This document shows positions 37,529-47,947 of a stretch of DNA of 64,000 nt, piece by piece (within the stretch, counting starts at the first letter, position 1; each line of letters begins with the position of its first letter). The stretch is from Patescibacteria group bacterium (GTDB lineage: Bacteria > Patescibacteriota > Patescibacteriia > UBA10025 > JAHIVO01). The position numbers and the translations under genes are program-made. A model generated the notes under the pieces. It was not told the origin of the DNA. It searched no databases and worked only from the letters and a program-made list of their open reading frames with translations. Where the stretch lies: the NCBI GenBank assembly GCA_041660605.1, contig JBAZWB010000001.1, forward strand, positions 558,503 through 622,502. The letters are read 5' to 3'.

Positions 37529-38677
37529 TTAAAAATTTTTCTCAAGCGCTTTATAAAGCACTCCAAAATCAACCCCGCAGATTATTTTCCCAGCGTACAT
37601 ATGTGTCAGACTGATCCGCGCCTCGGATAATTTCTTGTTTGTTATGCCGTTTTGCAAAGCTAAATACGCTTCGAGGTAAGCAGCCAAGTGATCAATGGCT
37701 TTGATTAGATCGCCGTTTCGAAGAATGCGCCCGTTTTTTTCTTGTACCGTGAATTCATTTACCGTGAAGTATTTGATATCCTCGGCAATATTCGGAGGCA
37801 AGAGGGGATAGACCCGTCGCTTCATTTCATCATGTTCAAATTTTTTGACAAGATCTGACATTTTACCGACTTGTTTGATAGGCCGGATAACATCTCTGGT
37901 TAATGCTTCCGGAAGGTCATGGAACAAAGCGGTAAAGAAATTGTTAAAACAAACATCAACTTCGTCATTCCTGCTTTTGAGGAGATAGGTGATAATGGCC
38001 ACGATCAACATGTGGCCAAGGACTGATGTTTCCGGCACACGGTAAGTGTGGCTCCAACGTATCTGATACCGGAGCTGTCCGCACAGCTGGATGAAACGTC
38101 TGAGCTTTGGATCATTTTCAACTTCTTTTGCTGATTTGAGATGGCTGGTAGCTTTTTTAATGCTGGCCGTCAGATCCTGCTCAATCTCGGCGATGTCATA
38201 TCCGTCCGGGTTTGTCCGCTGGATAACGACAAATTCTTCCCAAGAAGCCAGGTAGTTAGCCGCGTCCATGATGCGGTGGTAGATCGTCGGAGCGTTTATC
38301 TTATCCAGGAGGTATTTTTCGTAGGCATCCAGGAATTTTTTATCAATAAAATATTGGTCTAATTCTTCTTTTGAATAATTAATCAGTTCTTTGTACGTTT
38401 TTACGTCTTTCTCTATCCGGTGGAATAATTGAGGTTTGAAATCCGTCAGGGTTAATCTTTGGAGAAACTCAAACACCCCGGCCTCAATCAGTTTGTGCCA
38501 GTCAAATGATTTTACCGGGCTCATTTTGCCGATCAAATAGGCGATAATGAATTTCTGGGCCTGCTTGTCTATTTCGCGGAAATCCACCGCGCGCACCTGG
38601 TCATTCCAGCGCTTGAGAAACGCGGCGTTGTAGAGGTAGAGGAGGAATTTATAATTAATAGTTTTGAGTTGAGGCAT
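37529..38677 (-). CDS. Tandem HD-domain protein (YfbR-like)
   Basis: RW...SVLGH and HDLPEALTRD in the second half; degenerate first repeat (RWND...LTD). Confidence 0.82.
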   Translation of the reverse strand: MPQLKTINYKFLLYLYNAAFLKRWNDQVRAVDFREIDKQAQKFIIAYLIGKMSPVKSFDWHKLIEAGVFEFLQRLTLTDFKPQLFHRIEKDVKTYKELINYSKEELDQYFIDKKFLDAYEKYLLDKINAPTIYHRIMDAANYLASWEEFVVIQRTNPDGYDIAEIEQDLTASIKKATSHLKSAKEVENDPKLRRFIQLCGQLRYQIRWSHTYRVPETSVLGHMLIVAIITYLLKSRNDEVDVCFNNFFTALFHDLPEALTRDVIRPIKQVGKMSDLVKKFEHDEMKRRVYPLLPPNIAEDIKYFTVNEFTVQEKNGRILRNGDLIKAIDHLAAYLEAYLALQNGITNKKLSEARISLTHMYAGKIICGVDFGVLYKALEKNF

Positions 38678-38748
38678 TTAAATAGTATTTATTATGAGGA
38701 AATAAATATGCCCAAGCAATGGGAGATAGGGAAGGTTATGTGGGCATG

Positions 38749-39402
38749 TTAATTGGAAAAATCAATTATGCTAATTATTGGATTATTTTTCGTTCCATCC
38801 CAATTAATTTCAATATCTGCTTTCAAAAATGATCCACGTTTTTCATTTAATTCTAACACTATGTACGTCTTCCCTGGATTAAGTGTAGACCATTTGGATA
38901 TTTCTCTCCCTGCAGATAATGCAAGCTGTAGCATAGGTGATTCATTTTTTGGCATAATTAAGTTAGCAATATCAAGACTAACTTCCTGTTGGGGGTATAT
39001 GTTTCTATAAAGTCGATTTGAATGTAACTGACTATGTGTCCAAAAAAGTGGTAAAGGAATATATTTAGGCTGTTTCCCATCAGAATCAATTTTTTTTATA
39101 ATATTTGCTTCAACGTCACTCGCTGAGATATAGCTCGTATTTTTTATTGATAATCTAACTACTTTAAGCCAAATTTGTTGCTCGATAGTATTACTACCAA
39201 ATGGTCTTAATTTCGGTTTGTGTAATGTTTTAAACCATTCAGAAGATATTGCAACAACAACCGCACTAATCCCAAGAAAAATGGTTCCAACTGCTGTCCA
39301 CTCTTGAGAGGTCCATTGAATAATGTATTTTAATCCTATAACAAGGTAGATTAAAATTACACCAATTATTAGAACAGATAATATTCCTTTATTCCACGAC
39401 AT
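38749..39402 (-). CDS. Hypothetical membrane-anchored protein
   Basis: Two N-terminal TM segments and a beta-rich domain. Confidence 0.6.
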   Translation of the reverse strand: MSWNKGILSVLIIGVILIYLVIGLKYIIQWTSQEWTAVGTIFLGISAVVVAISSEWFKTLHKPKLRPFGSNTIEQQIWLKVVRLSIKNTSYISASDVEANIIKKIDSDGKQPKYIPLPLFWTHSQLHSNRLYRNIYPQQEVSLDIANLIMPKNESPMLQLALSAGREISKWSTLNPGKTYIVLELNEKRGSFLKADIEINWDGTKNNPIISIIDFSN

Positions 39403-39415
39403 ATATTTTTAACTA

Positions 39416-40348
39416 TTATTTTTCCAACGGATGATATTTGCGATGCGATCGTTCAGCATATTTATCAGAAGCATTAACGTAACGAGTAGTAGTATCTAAT
39501 GATTCATGGCCAAGCAGTATTTGAATGGCGGCGGGGCTTGCTCCATTTTCTGCCAAGTAAGTGGCAAAACCGTGGCGCAGGCTATGAGCCGAAGTGGGCA
39601 CATTGATTCTTAAACGCTCGCGGTATTGTTTTATTTTCATTTGCAGATAATTATTTGAGACCCGGGCGTCTCCGGAAGCGGCATTGGCCCCGCGATAGGG
39701 GATAAAGAGCGCAGGATGGTTGTCGCCTCTTGAACGCAGATATTTTTCCAAAATTAATTTAGCTCTGTCAGTCAGATAAACAAACCTCTGCTTGCGTCCT
39801 TTGCCCTCGATGAATATCTTGCCGGAATTGTCTATCTGGTTCTTATTTAATTTTATCAGTTCTGAAATGCGCATGCCAGTGGCAAACAGGACTTCCAACA
39901 TAGCCCGGTTGCGCAGAGCCACATCTTTATTTTTTTCAAATTCGCTGGGGGATTCAATCAGCCTGACAATGTCAATTAATTCGGCTACCTGCGGATGCTT
40001 CTTGATAGTCTTGGTTAATCTGACCATTTGAGGCGAAATTGGCGTGGGATAGTCATTATCTATTAAATACTTCAGAAAAGACCGTAAAACCGACAACATC
40101 CGGTTAATAGAGTAAAAATTGAGCTTTTTAAGGCCTTTTTGGTCTTGGGCTGTCATTCTATCACGTGAGGTAAGGAAAGCCTTATACAGCTCAATATCGC
40201 GCTTCTGGAGGGCCTTGAAAGTCTTTTTAGCCTCATTATCAATATAGTGCTCAAAGACCTGCAGATCCCGTTCGTAGTTATAGATAGTCTCGTCGGAGTA
40301 GTTGTTTGTTTTAATATTTAATAAGAAATCGTCTAAGTGTGGAAGCAT
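39416..40348 (-). CDS. XerC/XerD-like tyrosine recombinase
   Basis: TGMRISE, GKGRKQR, HSLRH, LLGH and TTTRY; N-terminal SAM-like domain. Confidence 0.93.
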   Translation of the reverse strand: MLPHLDDFLLNIKTNNYSDETIYNYERDLQVFEHYIDNEAKKTFKALQKRDIELYKAFLTSRDRMTAQDQKGLKKLNFYSINRMLSVLRSFLKYLIDNDYPTPISPQMVRLTKTIKKHPQVAELIDIVRLIESPSEFEKNKDVALRNRAMLEVLFATGMRISELIKLNKNQIDNSGKIFIEGKGRKQRFVYLTDRAKLILEKYLRSRGDNHPALFIPYRGANAASGDARVSNNYLQMKIKQYRERLRINVPTSAHSLRHGFATYLAENGASPAAIQILLGHESLDTTTRYVNASDKYAERSHRKYHPLEK

Positions 40349-40556
40349 ATATTATTAATTATCGGCTAAGCCATACATATTGTTAATAGGGTAGTTTCTG
40401 GCTATTTTAACGGAGTGTAAGGGTTATTATACCTAGTTATACCTTTAGCATAACATGGGCGTTTTTATAGGTCAATTCAATTATATAATAAAAGGTCTTC
40501 CGGAGTGAATCAGAAGACCTTATCAACTTATTTAATCTTGTAGTAGGTCGTAGGAA

Positions 40557-40796
40557 TTAACTGCGTATTGTTTCCAGGTTTATACCGGCAATAAGATAGA
40601 AAGTTCCATCAACTTCCAAACCGGGCTTGCTTTCCTGGCCAATACCGGTCAATAGACCCATTACCCAGGCTGGCTTACATCCAGCTGCTGGCCTGAAAGA
40701 AAATGCCACTCTATCACCAACCGTGATTGCCTCAAATGACAATCTTTTATCCAGATCTCCCTTTGTCGCTTCTACCATCGTTTCCACTTCAGACAT
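40557..40796 (-). CDS. Small orphan beta protein (79 aa)
   Basis: AGGAGG RBS, TTGACT-N17-TAAATT promoter, downstream hairpin at about 40492-40521. Confidence 0.6.
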   Translation of the reverse strand: MSEVETMVEATKGDLDKRLSFEAITVGDRVAFSFRPAAGCKPAWVMGLLTGIGQESKPGLEVDGTFYLIAGINLETIRS

Positions 40797-40922
40797 TTAG
40801 TCCTCCTGACTAAAGTACTATAATATTATAACAATTTAGTATTATTTTTGTATTTAGTCAAGCTAAAAAGAACAGATCCAAAAAATGGAACTGTTCTTAA
40901 AAATATATAAAACTTCTTATTT

Positions 40923-41177
40923 CTATTCTTTGATTTTTATAACTTCAATCGTACAATTTGTGACGATAGCCGCCAAAGCGCCTACTGCCGCTAAGATAGG
41001 GAGAAGAATAGCGCCAACCGTGGCAAAGGTCACTGGTATCTCAATCAGCTGATTCCCCTTCTCATTTTTAATGATTAGCTTCCTGACATTTCCCTCGTGG
41101 ATAAGCTTTTTAACCGTCTTAAGAAGCTGATCTCCCGTTACTTTTAATTCCTCTTTGATTGTTTTTTCTTCCGCCAT
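40923..41177 (-). CDS. DUF4342-type small protein
   Basis: VKKLIHEGNVRKLII...EIP...AAVGALAA...CTIEV. Confidence 0.8.
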   Translation of the reverse strand: MAEEKTIKEELKVTGDQLLKTVKKLIHEGNVRKLIIKNEKGNQLIEIPVTFATVGAILLPILAAVGALAAIVTNCTIEVIKIKE

Positions 41178-41501
41178 ATTATTTAGATTAAATATTAATA
41201 TCCGTATATAAATTATATCTTTTTTTTACTTAATAAATCAAATCATTGGACATCAAATAATTATTGGTAATATATTAGTTAATACAAAAATATCAATTTA
41301 AATCCCCTATTTATCCTGATTTAAGCAATAATAAGATAATAAATATGAATTTAATTTTGGCTAATTTTAGCTAATTATAAGGGATTAATTGTTTTTCCAC
41401 AGCAATTTAAGTCAATAAACATAGCGTTTTCCTGCAAATTTGCTATACTTACTGCATCAAAAGGTTGTTTTTTATAAACTAATAAATAAGGAATAAACGA
41501 A

Positions 41502-41783
41502 ATGGCAAAAATGACCAAGTCTCAATTAATGACTACCCTGGCCGAAAAGTCAGGCTTAGCCAAAAAAGACGTCGTAAAATTCATGGACATTCTGGTAGAA
41601 GTTGCTTATGGCGAAGTCAAAAGCAACGGTGAATTCACTATCCCAGGTGTCGGCAAGTTAGTTAAGAAAAACCGGGCTGCACGCCAGGGCCGCAACCCAG
41701 CTACCGGTGAAACTATTCAGATCCCGGCTAAAACTGTTGTCAAATTCCGCGTAGCCAAGGCTGCCAAAGAAGCAATTCTTTAA
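41502..41783 (+). CDS. hup: Histone-like DNA-binding protein HU
   Basis: MTKSQL and RAARQGRNPATGETIQIPAK. Confidence 0.95.
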   Translation: MAKMTKSQLMTTLAEKSGLAKKDVVKFMDILVEVAYGEVKSNGEFTIPGVGKLVKKNRAARQGRNPATGETIQIPAKTVVKFRVAKAAKEAIL

Positions 41784-41795
41784 ACAACCGATATA

Positions 41796-41828
41796 AAACA
41801 AAACCCTCAAATTCGAGGGTTTTGTTTT
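41796..41828 (+). terminator. Intrinsic terminator after hup
   Basis: aaaacaaaaccctc-aaattc-gagggttttgtttt. Confidence 0.8.
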
Positions 41829-41978
41829 TGGCTAAATCCGTGCTTAGCAAGTGCAAGGATCATTGCCGCAAGTTGGACATGGACCTGTCATAATTAATAT
41901 GATTAATTATTTTCTTGATATATCGTGAATATATTATATCAGAAAAAATTAATAAAAAAAAGAGGCGTTAGCCTCTTG

Positions 41979-42176
41979 TCAGTTGATTACGATCGTGAAA
42001 TTGTGATCGACGGTATTAGCTCCATAGATTTGAGCCTGCCTTACCGCCTCAACTATACCTAGCAGTGATTGTGGAAAAGAACCAATGGGCTGGAGAAATC
42101 CTCTGATGTATAAATCCAGTACTAGTTTGGATACTGGGTTTACCCTAAAGTATGCCCTTGCAGAATATGTTGCCAT
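41979..42176 (-). CDS. Small orphan protein (65 aa)
   Basis: GGGAGG RBS, upstream TTGACA at 42246, hairpin agaggc...gcctct plus T tract after the stop. Confidence 0.55.
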   Translation of the reverse strand: MATYSARAYFRVNPVSKLVLDLYIRGFLQPIGSFPQSLLGIVEAVRQAQIYGANTVDHNFTIVIN

Positions 42177-42293
42177 GCAACCTCCCTTAATTGCAAAGTT
42201 ACAAATACTAATTAGTATATATTAGCAGTTTAGATGAATCTGTCAACGTCTGTGGCTGATAGCCAATTCATTTGGCTTGTCTGATTTTCCGTC

Positions 42294-42743
42294 TTAAGTC
42301 AATAGATGATTATATAAAATTAACAATAATCCGATATATAGTGCCTGTGAAAGCAGGCCCAGGCTGGTGGCAAACCGGCCGTGAAATTCATGCTGCATCA
42401 AACCATGAAAAAAATATAGTTTTTTGAATATCCTTCTGCCTTTGGCAAAAAATTTTGCCGCTGTAAGCATGTCAGGCAGTAAGGAAAAAAACACTGCCAA
42501 AGTAATGCTTATTATTCTTTCAGGAAAAATTGCCAGAAAAGCGATATATATCAGGATCGAACATATGGCGTCCGGAATCAGCTTGGCCAGTTCCCTAGCG
42601 CTGAGATTTTTTGGTTCAAAATTCCAGTGAGGCCATTTATCCAGCAGGAAGTGGGAGGAAAATGACGCCAGGCTGCCCAAAAATGGATTTTCAATTTGCT
42701 GGCCGATAATGCATCCGGTAACAGTATGCGCTAGTATTATCAT
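42294..42743 (-). CDS. Membrane protein, putative metal-dependent hydrolase-like
   Basis: H...SHFLLD.WPH, LPD and H..QH motifs among TM segments. Confidence 0.65.
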   Translation of the reverse strand: MIILAHTVTGCIIGQQIENPFLGSLASFSSHFLLDKWPHWNFEPKNLSARELAKLIPDAICSILIYIAFLAIFPERIISITLAVFFSLLPDMLTAAKFFAKGRRIFKKLYFFHGLMQHEFHGRFATSLGLLSQALYIGLLLILYNHLLT

Positions 42744-42749
42744 AGTGTA

Positions 42750-43631
42750 TTATTTAAGATAAACCCTGTCCCCTATCCTTAGGTCTATGTATTCGTTGGC
42801 CGGTGCGACTCCCGCTTTTTCATCGAGAACCCGTATTAATTTGTTGATTTGCGTGCTTACGTCTTTTGTTAGGTCAAAATATATGGCATAGCCGGCATCG
42901 GTGTGGACATTGAATTGACGGGATACGGAACTGTTTGTCTGAGGCGCTGATGCCGTAGCGGAGGCAGGAGGAAGCGAATAAGAAGTGACTGTAAATTTAT
43001 TAATAGCAATAATATTGCTGATAATCTCCATAATAGCGGTGATTTCATTTTTATCCATGATTTTCTGTCCAGGCACGACTGCGGATGGCGATTCGTCAAT
43101 AATCAAGGGTAACCCGATTGCCTGCTCTTTCTGGTCTATTTTAGATGAAATATTGCCATTCCCTTCCAGATAAAAATAATTATTTGCGGATTGTAATATC
43201 AGTATTGGTTTTTTTTCTTCTATGGTGACTGTCAAAGTATCAGGCAGCTTTTTTTTGACTGTTACTGATTGCGGATCATATTGGGAGGAAATATTTTTTT
43301 TCAGCCAATTTTTATCAAATAATAAGATATTGCTTTGCTTAAATATCAAGAATTTTGACTGTTGAATTTGCCATTTGATGAATTTGTTCTCAATAATTTT
43401 AGCGTTTTTATTATCGATTCCGCTGATATTTATTATTTTTATCTGCAGCCACGGTGAATAGAATAAAACGTAAATTATGGAAAAAAATATTAGGATAGCT
43501 AGCCAGGCAAAAAGGCTGATTTTTTCAATGACAAAGGCCTGCCAGTTTTTTTTAGTAAATAGCGGATTGCGGTAGTTAGGCGCATTACTGGATTCGGAAT
43601 TCATCTTATTTTTGCGAAAATCCCAGCGCAT
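42750..43631 (-). CDS. ftsQ: FtsQ/DivIB-like cell division protein
   Basis: TM, POTRA-like region (KKLPDTLTVTIEEK) and C-terminal EYIDLR...VY. Confidence 0.75.
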   Translation of the reverse strand: MRWDFRKNKMNSESSNAPNYRNPLFTKKNWQAFVIEKISLFAWLAILIFFSIIYVLFYSPWLQIKIINISGIDNKNAKIIENKFIKWQIQQSKFLIFKQSNILLFDKNWLKKNISSQYDPQSVTVKKKLPDTLTVTIEEKKPILILQSANNYFYLEGNGNISSKIDQKEQAIGLPLIIDESPSAVVPGQKIMDKNEITAIMEIISNIIAINKFTVTSYSLPPASATASAPQTNSSVSRQFNVHTDAGYAIYFDLTKDVSTQINKLIRVLDEKAGVAPANEYIDLRIGDRVYLK

Positions 43632-43688
43632 AAATTTAACTCTGGCAATCGATTGCCAGCCTGAAAAAAATATTAGTTACGGATATTT

Positions 43689-44822
43689 TTATTTTTGATA
43701 CCACCTGGCTTTGGGCTTATAACTCGTAGATAAGTCGGATTTTTCCCGATGTTTTTCTATTGCCAGCGTGATGAGTTTTTCAATTAATTTATCATATGAC
43801 AACCCAGTCGCCTGCCATAATTTTGGATACATGGAAATTGAAGTAAAACCAGGAATGGTATTAACTTCAGACAGATATATTTTATTTTGATTGCCGAGTA
43901 GAAAATCAACGCGTGCCATGCCTGAACAATCGATTGATTTGAAAGCATTTATGGCATATTTCCTCAATTTGCTGCTCAGATCTTTTGGCAAATCAGCCGG
44001 AATATTTATTTGTGATTTTCCATCTACGTACTTGGCATCGTAATCGTAAAATTCGTTGGAGGCAAAAACCTCGCCAGGCAGGGAGGCTGAAGGATTATCA
44101 TTGCCCAGAACTGCGATTTCAATCTCTCGCGGTTTTAGTACGGCTTTTTCGGCAATTATTTTTTTATCGTACAAAAATGCCAGATTGATGGCCTCATTGA
44201 GTTCATTAAAATTTTTTACTTTTGAAATGCCGACGGAAGACCCTAAATTTGCCGGCTTTATGAATATCGGATAGCCCAGGCCACTAATTTTTTTAAAAAC
44301 GAAAATTTTATTATTTTTAAATTCATACTTCGTAAAAAAGACAAACGGCACTACCGGCAGTCCTGAATTTTTGAAGATAATTTTCTGTATTGTTTTATCC
44401 ATGCCTACTGCCGAGGCCAAAACGTTGGCGCCAATATAAGGTATATCCGCCAGCTCCAGCAATCCCTGAATAGTCCCATCTTCGCCAAAAGTACCGTGCA
44501 AAACAGGGAAAACAACATCCAGCTTCTTTTCCGTTATCGGCTTAGTAATCCCCTTAGCCCCTTTAATAGCTACCAAAGATTTTTTTGTTGAATCAGGCGT
44601 TATTATTTTCAGCGTGTCGGCGGCCTTAAAGGATCCTTTTTTCAGGATTTTCAACGGATTATTTTGAGTCAGCCATGTCCCCTGTTTGGTGATGCCGATT
44701 GGTACTACTTCATATTTTTTTTCATCCAGGGCTTTTATCACAGACTCCGCTGAAGCTATGGATACTTCGTGTTCACCGGATCGCCCGCCAAAAATTACGC
44801 CAATGCGTATTTTTTTTGCCAT
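43689..44822 (-). CDS. ddl: D-alanine-D-alanine ligase
   Basis: [25 protein letters not shown] and EVNTIPGFT; start set at MAKKIRIG to avoid overlapping the upstream ORF. Confidence 0.96.
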   Translation of the reverse strand: MAKKIRIGVIFGGRSGEHEVSIASAESVIKALDEKKYEVVPIGITKQGTWLTQNNPLKILKKGSFKAADTLKIITPDSTKKSLVAIKGAKGITKPITEKKLDVVFPVLHGTFGEDGTIQGLLELADIPYIGANVLASAVGMDKTIQKIIFKNSGLPVVPFVFFTKYEFKNNKIFVFKKISGLGYPIFIKPANLGSSVGISKVKNFNELNEAINLAFLYDKKIIAEKAVLKPREIEIAVLGNDNPSASLPGEVFASNEFYDYDAKYVDGKSQINIPADLPKDLSSKLRKYAINAFKSIDCSGMARVDFLLGNQNKIYLSEVNTIPGFTSISMYPKLWQATGLSYDKLIEKLITLAIEKHREKSDLSTSYKPKARWYQK

Positions 44823-44832
44823 AATGTATTTT

Positions 44833-45051
44833 TTATTTCTGAGTTTTTTCAATATCTTTATATTGCTCCCACATTTCCAGGCCCTCAATAAATTCTTCAT
44901 GGCCAGCGTCGGTACCGGCCAGGCAGGAAGTGCATTCCCCGAATACTTCACCTGCTTTGTACTCTTTTTTAAAACCGCAGGGTACGCAGACATAATGGCT
45001 TGATTCGGGAACCTGGTCTCCTTTATTGAAAGTTTGTTTTTTTTCCGGCAT
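44833..45051 (-). CDS. Small zinc-ribbon protein
   Basis: YVCVPCG...CTSC, located between alr and ddl. Confidence 0.7.
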   Translation of the reverse strand: MPEKKQTFNKGDQVPESSHYVCVPCGFKKEYKAGEVFGECTSCLAGTDAGHEEFIEGLEMWEQYKDIEKTQK

Positions 45052-45056
45052 ATATT

Positions 45057-46199
45057 TTATTTAATAATCTGTCTGGGCATTAAAGGATTGATTCTGGTTA
45101 CTATTTCATAATTAATCGTGTTAATTTTTTTTGCCAAATCATCTGCCGTGACAGAGAGTTTTCCCGACTGGCCTATTAATATGACTTTATCTCCTGCTTT
45201 GACGTTTTTCAGGCTGGTAACGTCTACCATGGACAGATTCATGCAAATTCTTCCCCTGATTTTGCATTTTTTATTGTTTATCAATACTTCTCCGCAATTT
45301 GAAAGCCGGCGATCATAGCCATCCCAGTATCCAACAGGAATGACAGCAATCTTCATTCGTTTATTTGCCGAAAAAGTTCCGGAATACCCAATTTTTGTGC
45401 CTCTGGGTATTCTCTTTATCTGGATTATTCTGGTGTACCACGATAAGGCAGGGATGAGTTTTATTCTTTTTTTAATATTACGGGTAAATTTCGCGCTATT
45501 TTCGATAGACGAAAGACCATAAGCTGAAATGCCGATCCTAACCAGATTAAAAAAACTCTGGGGGTTAAGCAAGGCCGCTGCTGAACAAGCCAAGTGCTTG
45601 TAATGAATTACAATGCCCTGCTCCTCAATTTCTTTTATTACTTTTTTAAAAATAATAATTTGCTTGTTAGTTATGGACTGGTCAGGATTTTCTGCATCGG
45701 AAAAGTGCGAAAATATTCCCTCAATTTGTATATTCTTGAGCTGGCTAATTGCGGTAACGGTTTTTACAGTTTCTGAGGGCATTAATCCCAGCCTGGTGGT
45801 GCCGGTATCTATTTTTATGTGTAGTCTAGCTGTTTTTTTAAGCCGTTGTGCAATTAATGAAATTCTTTTGGCTGCTTGATATCCGTAAATTGCCAAAGAA
45901 ATATCCTTTTTTACAGCCAGTGGCAAAAGTCCAGGGTTAAAAAAACTCAAAACCAATATTTTCGATTTAATTTTGTTATTGCGTAAACTAAGCGCTTCCT
46001 CCAAATTAACTGTCCCGAGCCACTTCACGCTGGCAGCACCGAATATTTTAGCGCACTGAACCAGCCCATGCCCGTAGGCATTTGATTTTACCACTGCCAT
46101 TAACTGAGTCTCTTTTGGAAGATATCGGAAAAATTCCTTGATATTGTGCGTAAGTGCCGTTTTTGATATCTCTATCCAGGTTATTTCTGCTTGTTTCAT
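45057..46199 (-). CDS. alr: Alanine racemase
   Basis: AVVKSNAYGHG, KIDTG..RLG, GYWDG, GRICMN and TINYE. Confidence 0.96.
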   Translation of the reverse strand: MKQAEITWIEISKTALTHNIKEFFRYLPKETQLMAVVKSNAYGHGLVQCAKIFGAASVKWLGTVNLEEALSLRNNKIKSKILVLSFFNPGLLPLAVKKDISLAIYGYQAAKRISLIAQRLKKTARLHIKIDTGTTRLGLMPSETVKTVTAISQLKNIQIEGIFSHFSDAENPDQSITNKQIIIFKKVIKEIEEQGIVIHYKHLACSAAALLNPQSFFNLVRIGISAYGLSSIENSAKFTRNIKKRIKLIPALSWYTRIIQIKRIPRGTKIGYSGTFSANKRMKIAVIPVGYWDGYDRRLSNCGEVLINNKKCKIRGRICMNLSMVDVTSLKNVKAGDKVILIGQSGKLSVTADDLAKKINTINYEIVTRINPLMPRQIIK

Positions 46200-47461
46200 T
46201 TTTTTCTGATTTCGGTAAAGTTACAAAATTTATGCAATTTTTCCGGTACTTTTACTGAGCTGTCTTCCTGTTGGCAGTTTTCAATGATTGATAATAAAGT
46301 CCTTGGCGTGATAGCAGTGGCATTTAGAATATGCGGAAAATAAAGTATATTTTCCTTATCTCTGTATTTAATATTGTTCCTTCTGGCCTGAAAATCTGTG
46401 CAATTTGAAGCGGAATGAGTCTCTCTGTATTTATTCTCAGACGGCATCCAACATTCCAGATCTATTACTTTTGCTGAGGGCTTAGGCAGATCGCCGGTAC
46501 AAACCATCAGTAGCTGATAAGGCAATCCCAAGCCTTCAATAATCGTTTTCTGAATTCCAAGGAGTTCCTCAAATATTTCCCAGGAGTTCTGCGGAGCAGA
46601 AATGACCACCATTTCCTGCTTATCAAACTGATGCACTCTCAGAATGCCCTTAGTATCTTTTCCATAACTGCCTGCTTCCCTCCGAAAACAACTGGAAAAA
46701 GTCGTATAGCGCAGCGGCAATTCTGATGATTTTAATATTTCATCACTATGGTACGGCAAAAGAGCATGTTCACCAGTACCAACTAAATAAAGCTTATCTT
46801 TGCTGATAAAATACGCTTCCTGCCCTTCTGTATAGGAATTATAGCCGGAATTATGCATTACCTCTTCTTTCACCAATGAAGGGCTGTAAAAAGGGATAAA
46901 GTTCTCCTTAAGCAGTATTTCCAAAGTGTATTGGATTAGGGCATTCCATAATAATGCTCCTTCTTTCTTTAAATAACCAAACCTCGGACCGCTGACTTTT
47001 GCTGCACGCTTAGTATCAATAATATCCAAATTTTCAGCAATTTCCAGATAACTTTTTGGTTTAAAGCTAAACTTTGGCAAGTTACCGATTTTTTTTATGA
47101 CTTTGTTCTCGCTTTCGTCTTTTCCGACATTAACGTCTTCTGCTGGTAAATTTGGCAAATCCAGTGTCAGTTTTTGCAAAGCAGATTTTATATTTTTTAT
47201 TTCTTCCTCCAGCTTAGCTTCTTGCGCCGTTAGATCCGTTAACTGTTGGATTTTTTCAACTTTTTCTTCTTTGGTAAATTTGCTGATATTTTTATTAAAA
47301 GAATTTTTTTGGTTTTTTAATTCTTCAATCTTCTGCAAATTTTCCCGATACTGTTTATCATGCTCGATTATTTCTGTAATAGCAACATCCTTTACATTAC
47401 GTTTTTTAAAAGCCTGTCTGAAGAAATCAGTATTTTTTCGCAATAATTTAATATCAATCAT
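46196..47461 (-). CDS. serS: Serine-tRNA ligase
   Basis: N-terminal coiled coil, FRREAGSYGKD and RVHQFDK. Confidence 0.96.
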   Translation of the reverse strand: MIDIKLLRKNTDFFRQAFKKRNVKDVAITEIIEHDKQYRENLQKIEELKNQKNSFNKNISKFTKEEKVEKIQQLTDLTAQEAKLEEEIKNIKSALQKLTLDLPNLPAEDVNVGKDESENKVIKKIGNLPKFSFKPKSYLEIAENLDIIDTKRAAKVSGPRFGYLKKEGALLWNALIQYTLEILLKENFIPFYSPSLVKEEVMHNSGYNSYTEGQEAYFISKDKLYLVGTGEHALLPYHSDEILKSSELPLRYTTFSSCFRREAGSYGKDTKGILRVHQFDKQEMVVISAPQNSWEIFEELLGIQKTIIEGLGLPYQLLMVCTGDLPKPSAKVIDLECWMPSENKYRETHSASNCTDFQARRNNIKYRDKENILYFPHILNATAITPRTLLSIIENCQQEDSSVKVPEKLHKFCNFTEIRKK

Positions 47462-47467
47462 ATAATT

Positions 47468-47932
47468 TTATTTATTGTCACTGGCGTCTTCCGGGGTAGC
47501 AACTACTTTTTTTTCAAATCTATGTTCAATCCGGCCAAGTATAACTAAGACAATTAATGATCCGACTGTGGCTGAAATTGCCAGGAAGTAATATCCTAAT
47601 CCTACGGCCATGCCGATGGCAGCTACTACCCATATGCTGGCAGCTGTAGTCAAACCATGGACAGATCCCCTGCCCTGGATTATCGCCCCAGCGCCGAGAA
47701 AACCAATACCGGTAACTATTTGTCCGACAATCCGGCCGATATCAGCGCCTCCATTAATGTTAAAATCGTAGAATATATTCAGTGCAACTAAAGAAATAAT
47801 AGTAGAACCCAATCCTACTAAAACATTCGTTCGAAAACCGGCCGGTTTATGGTAATGTTTTCTCTCTAATCCAATTAAACCGCACAGGATGATGGATAAA
47901 ACGATTCGTAGAATAATAGTCGGGTTGTCCAT
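47468..47932 (-). CDS. MgtC/SapB family membrane protein
   Basis: IGLER...AGFRT, QIVTGIGFLGAG and GLTTAASIW. Confidence 0.92.
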   Translation of the reverse strand: MDNPTIILRIVLSIILCGLIGLERKHYHKPAGFRTNVLVGLGSTIISLVALNIFYDFNINGGADIGRIVGQIVTGIGFLGAGAIIQGRGSVHGLTTAASIWVVAAIGMAVGLGYYFLAISATVGSLIVLVILGRIEHRFEKKVVATPEDASDNK

Positions 47933-47947
47933 ATTTTTATAAATTAT

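Noticed and set aside
31501-40348. Integron (recombinase plus a run of co-oriented accessory genes)
   Set aside because: The recombinase is co-oriented with the genes and shows no evident IntI-specific insertion, and the intergenic repeats lack paired RYYYAAC...GTTRRRY attC ends.
44823-44993. N-terminal extension of ddl given in the ORF track
   Set aside because: It overlaps the zinc-ribbon gene in another frame; Ddl similarity begins at MAKKIRIG.
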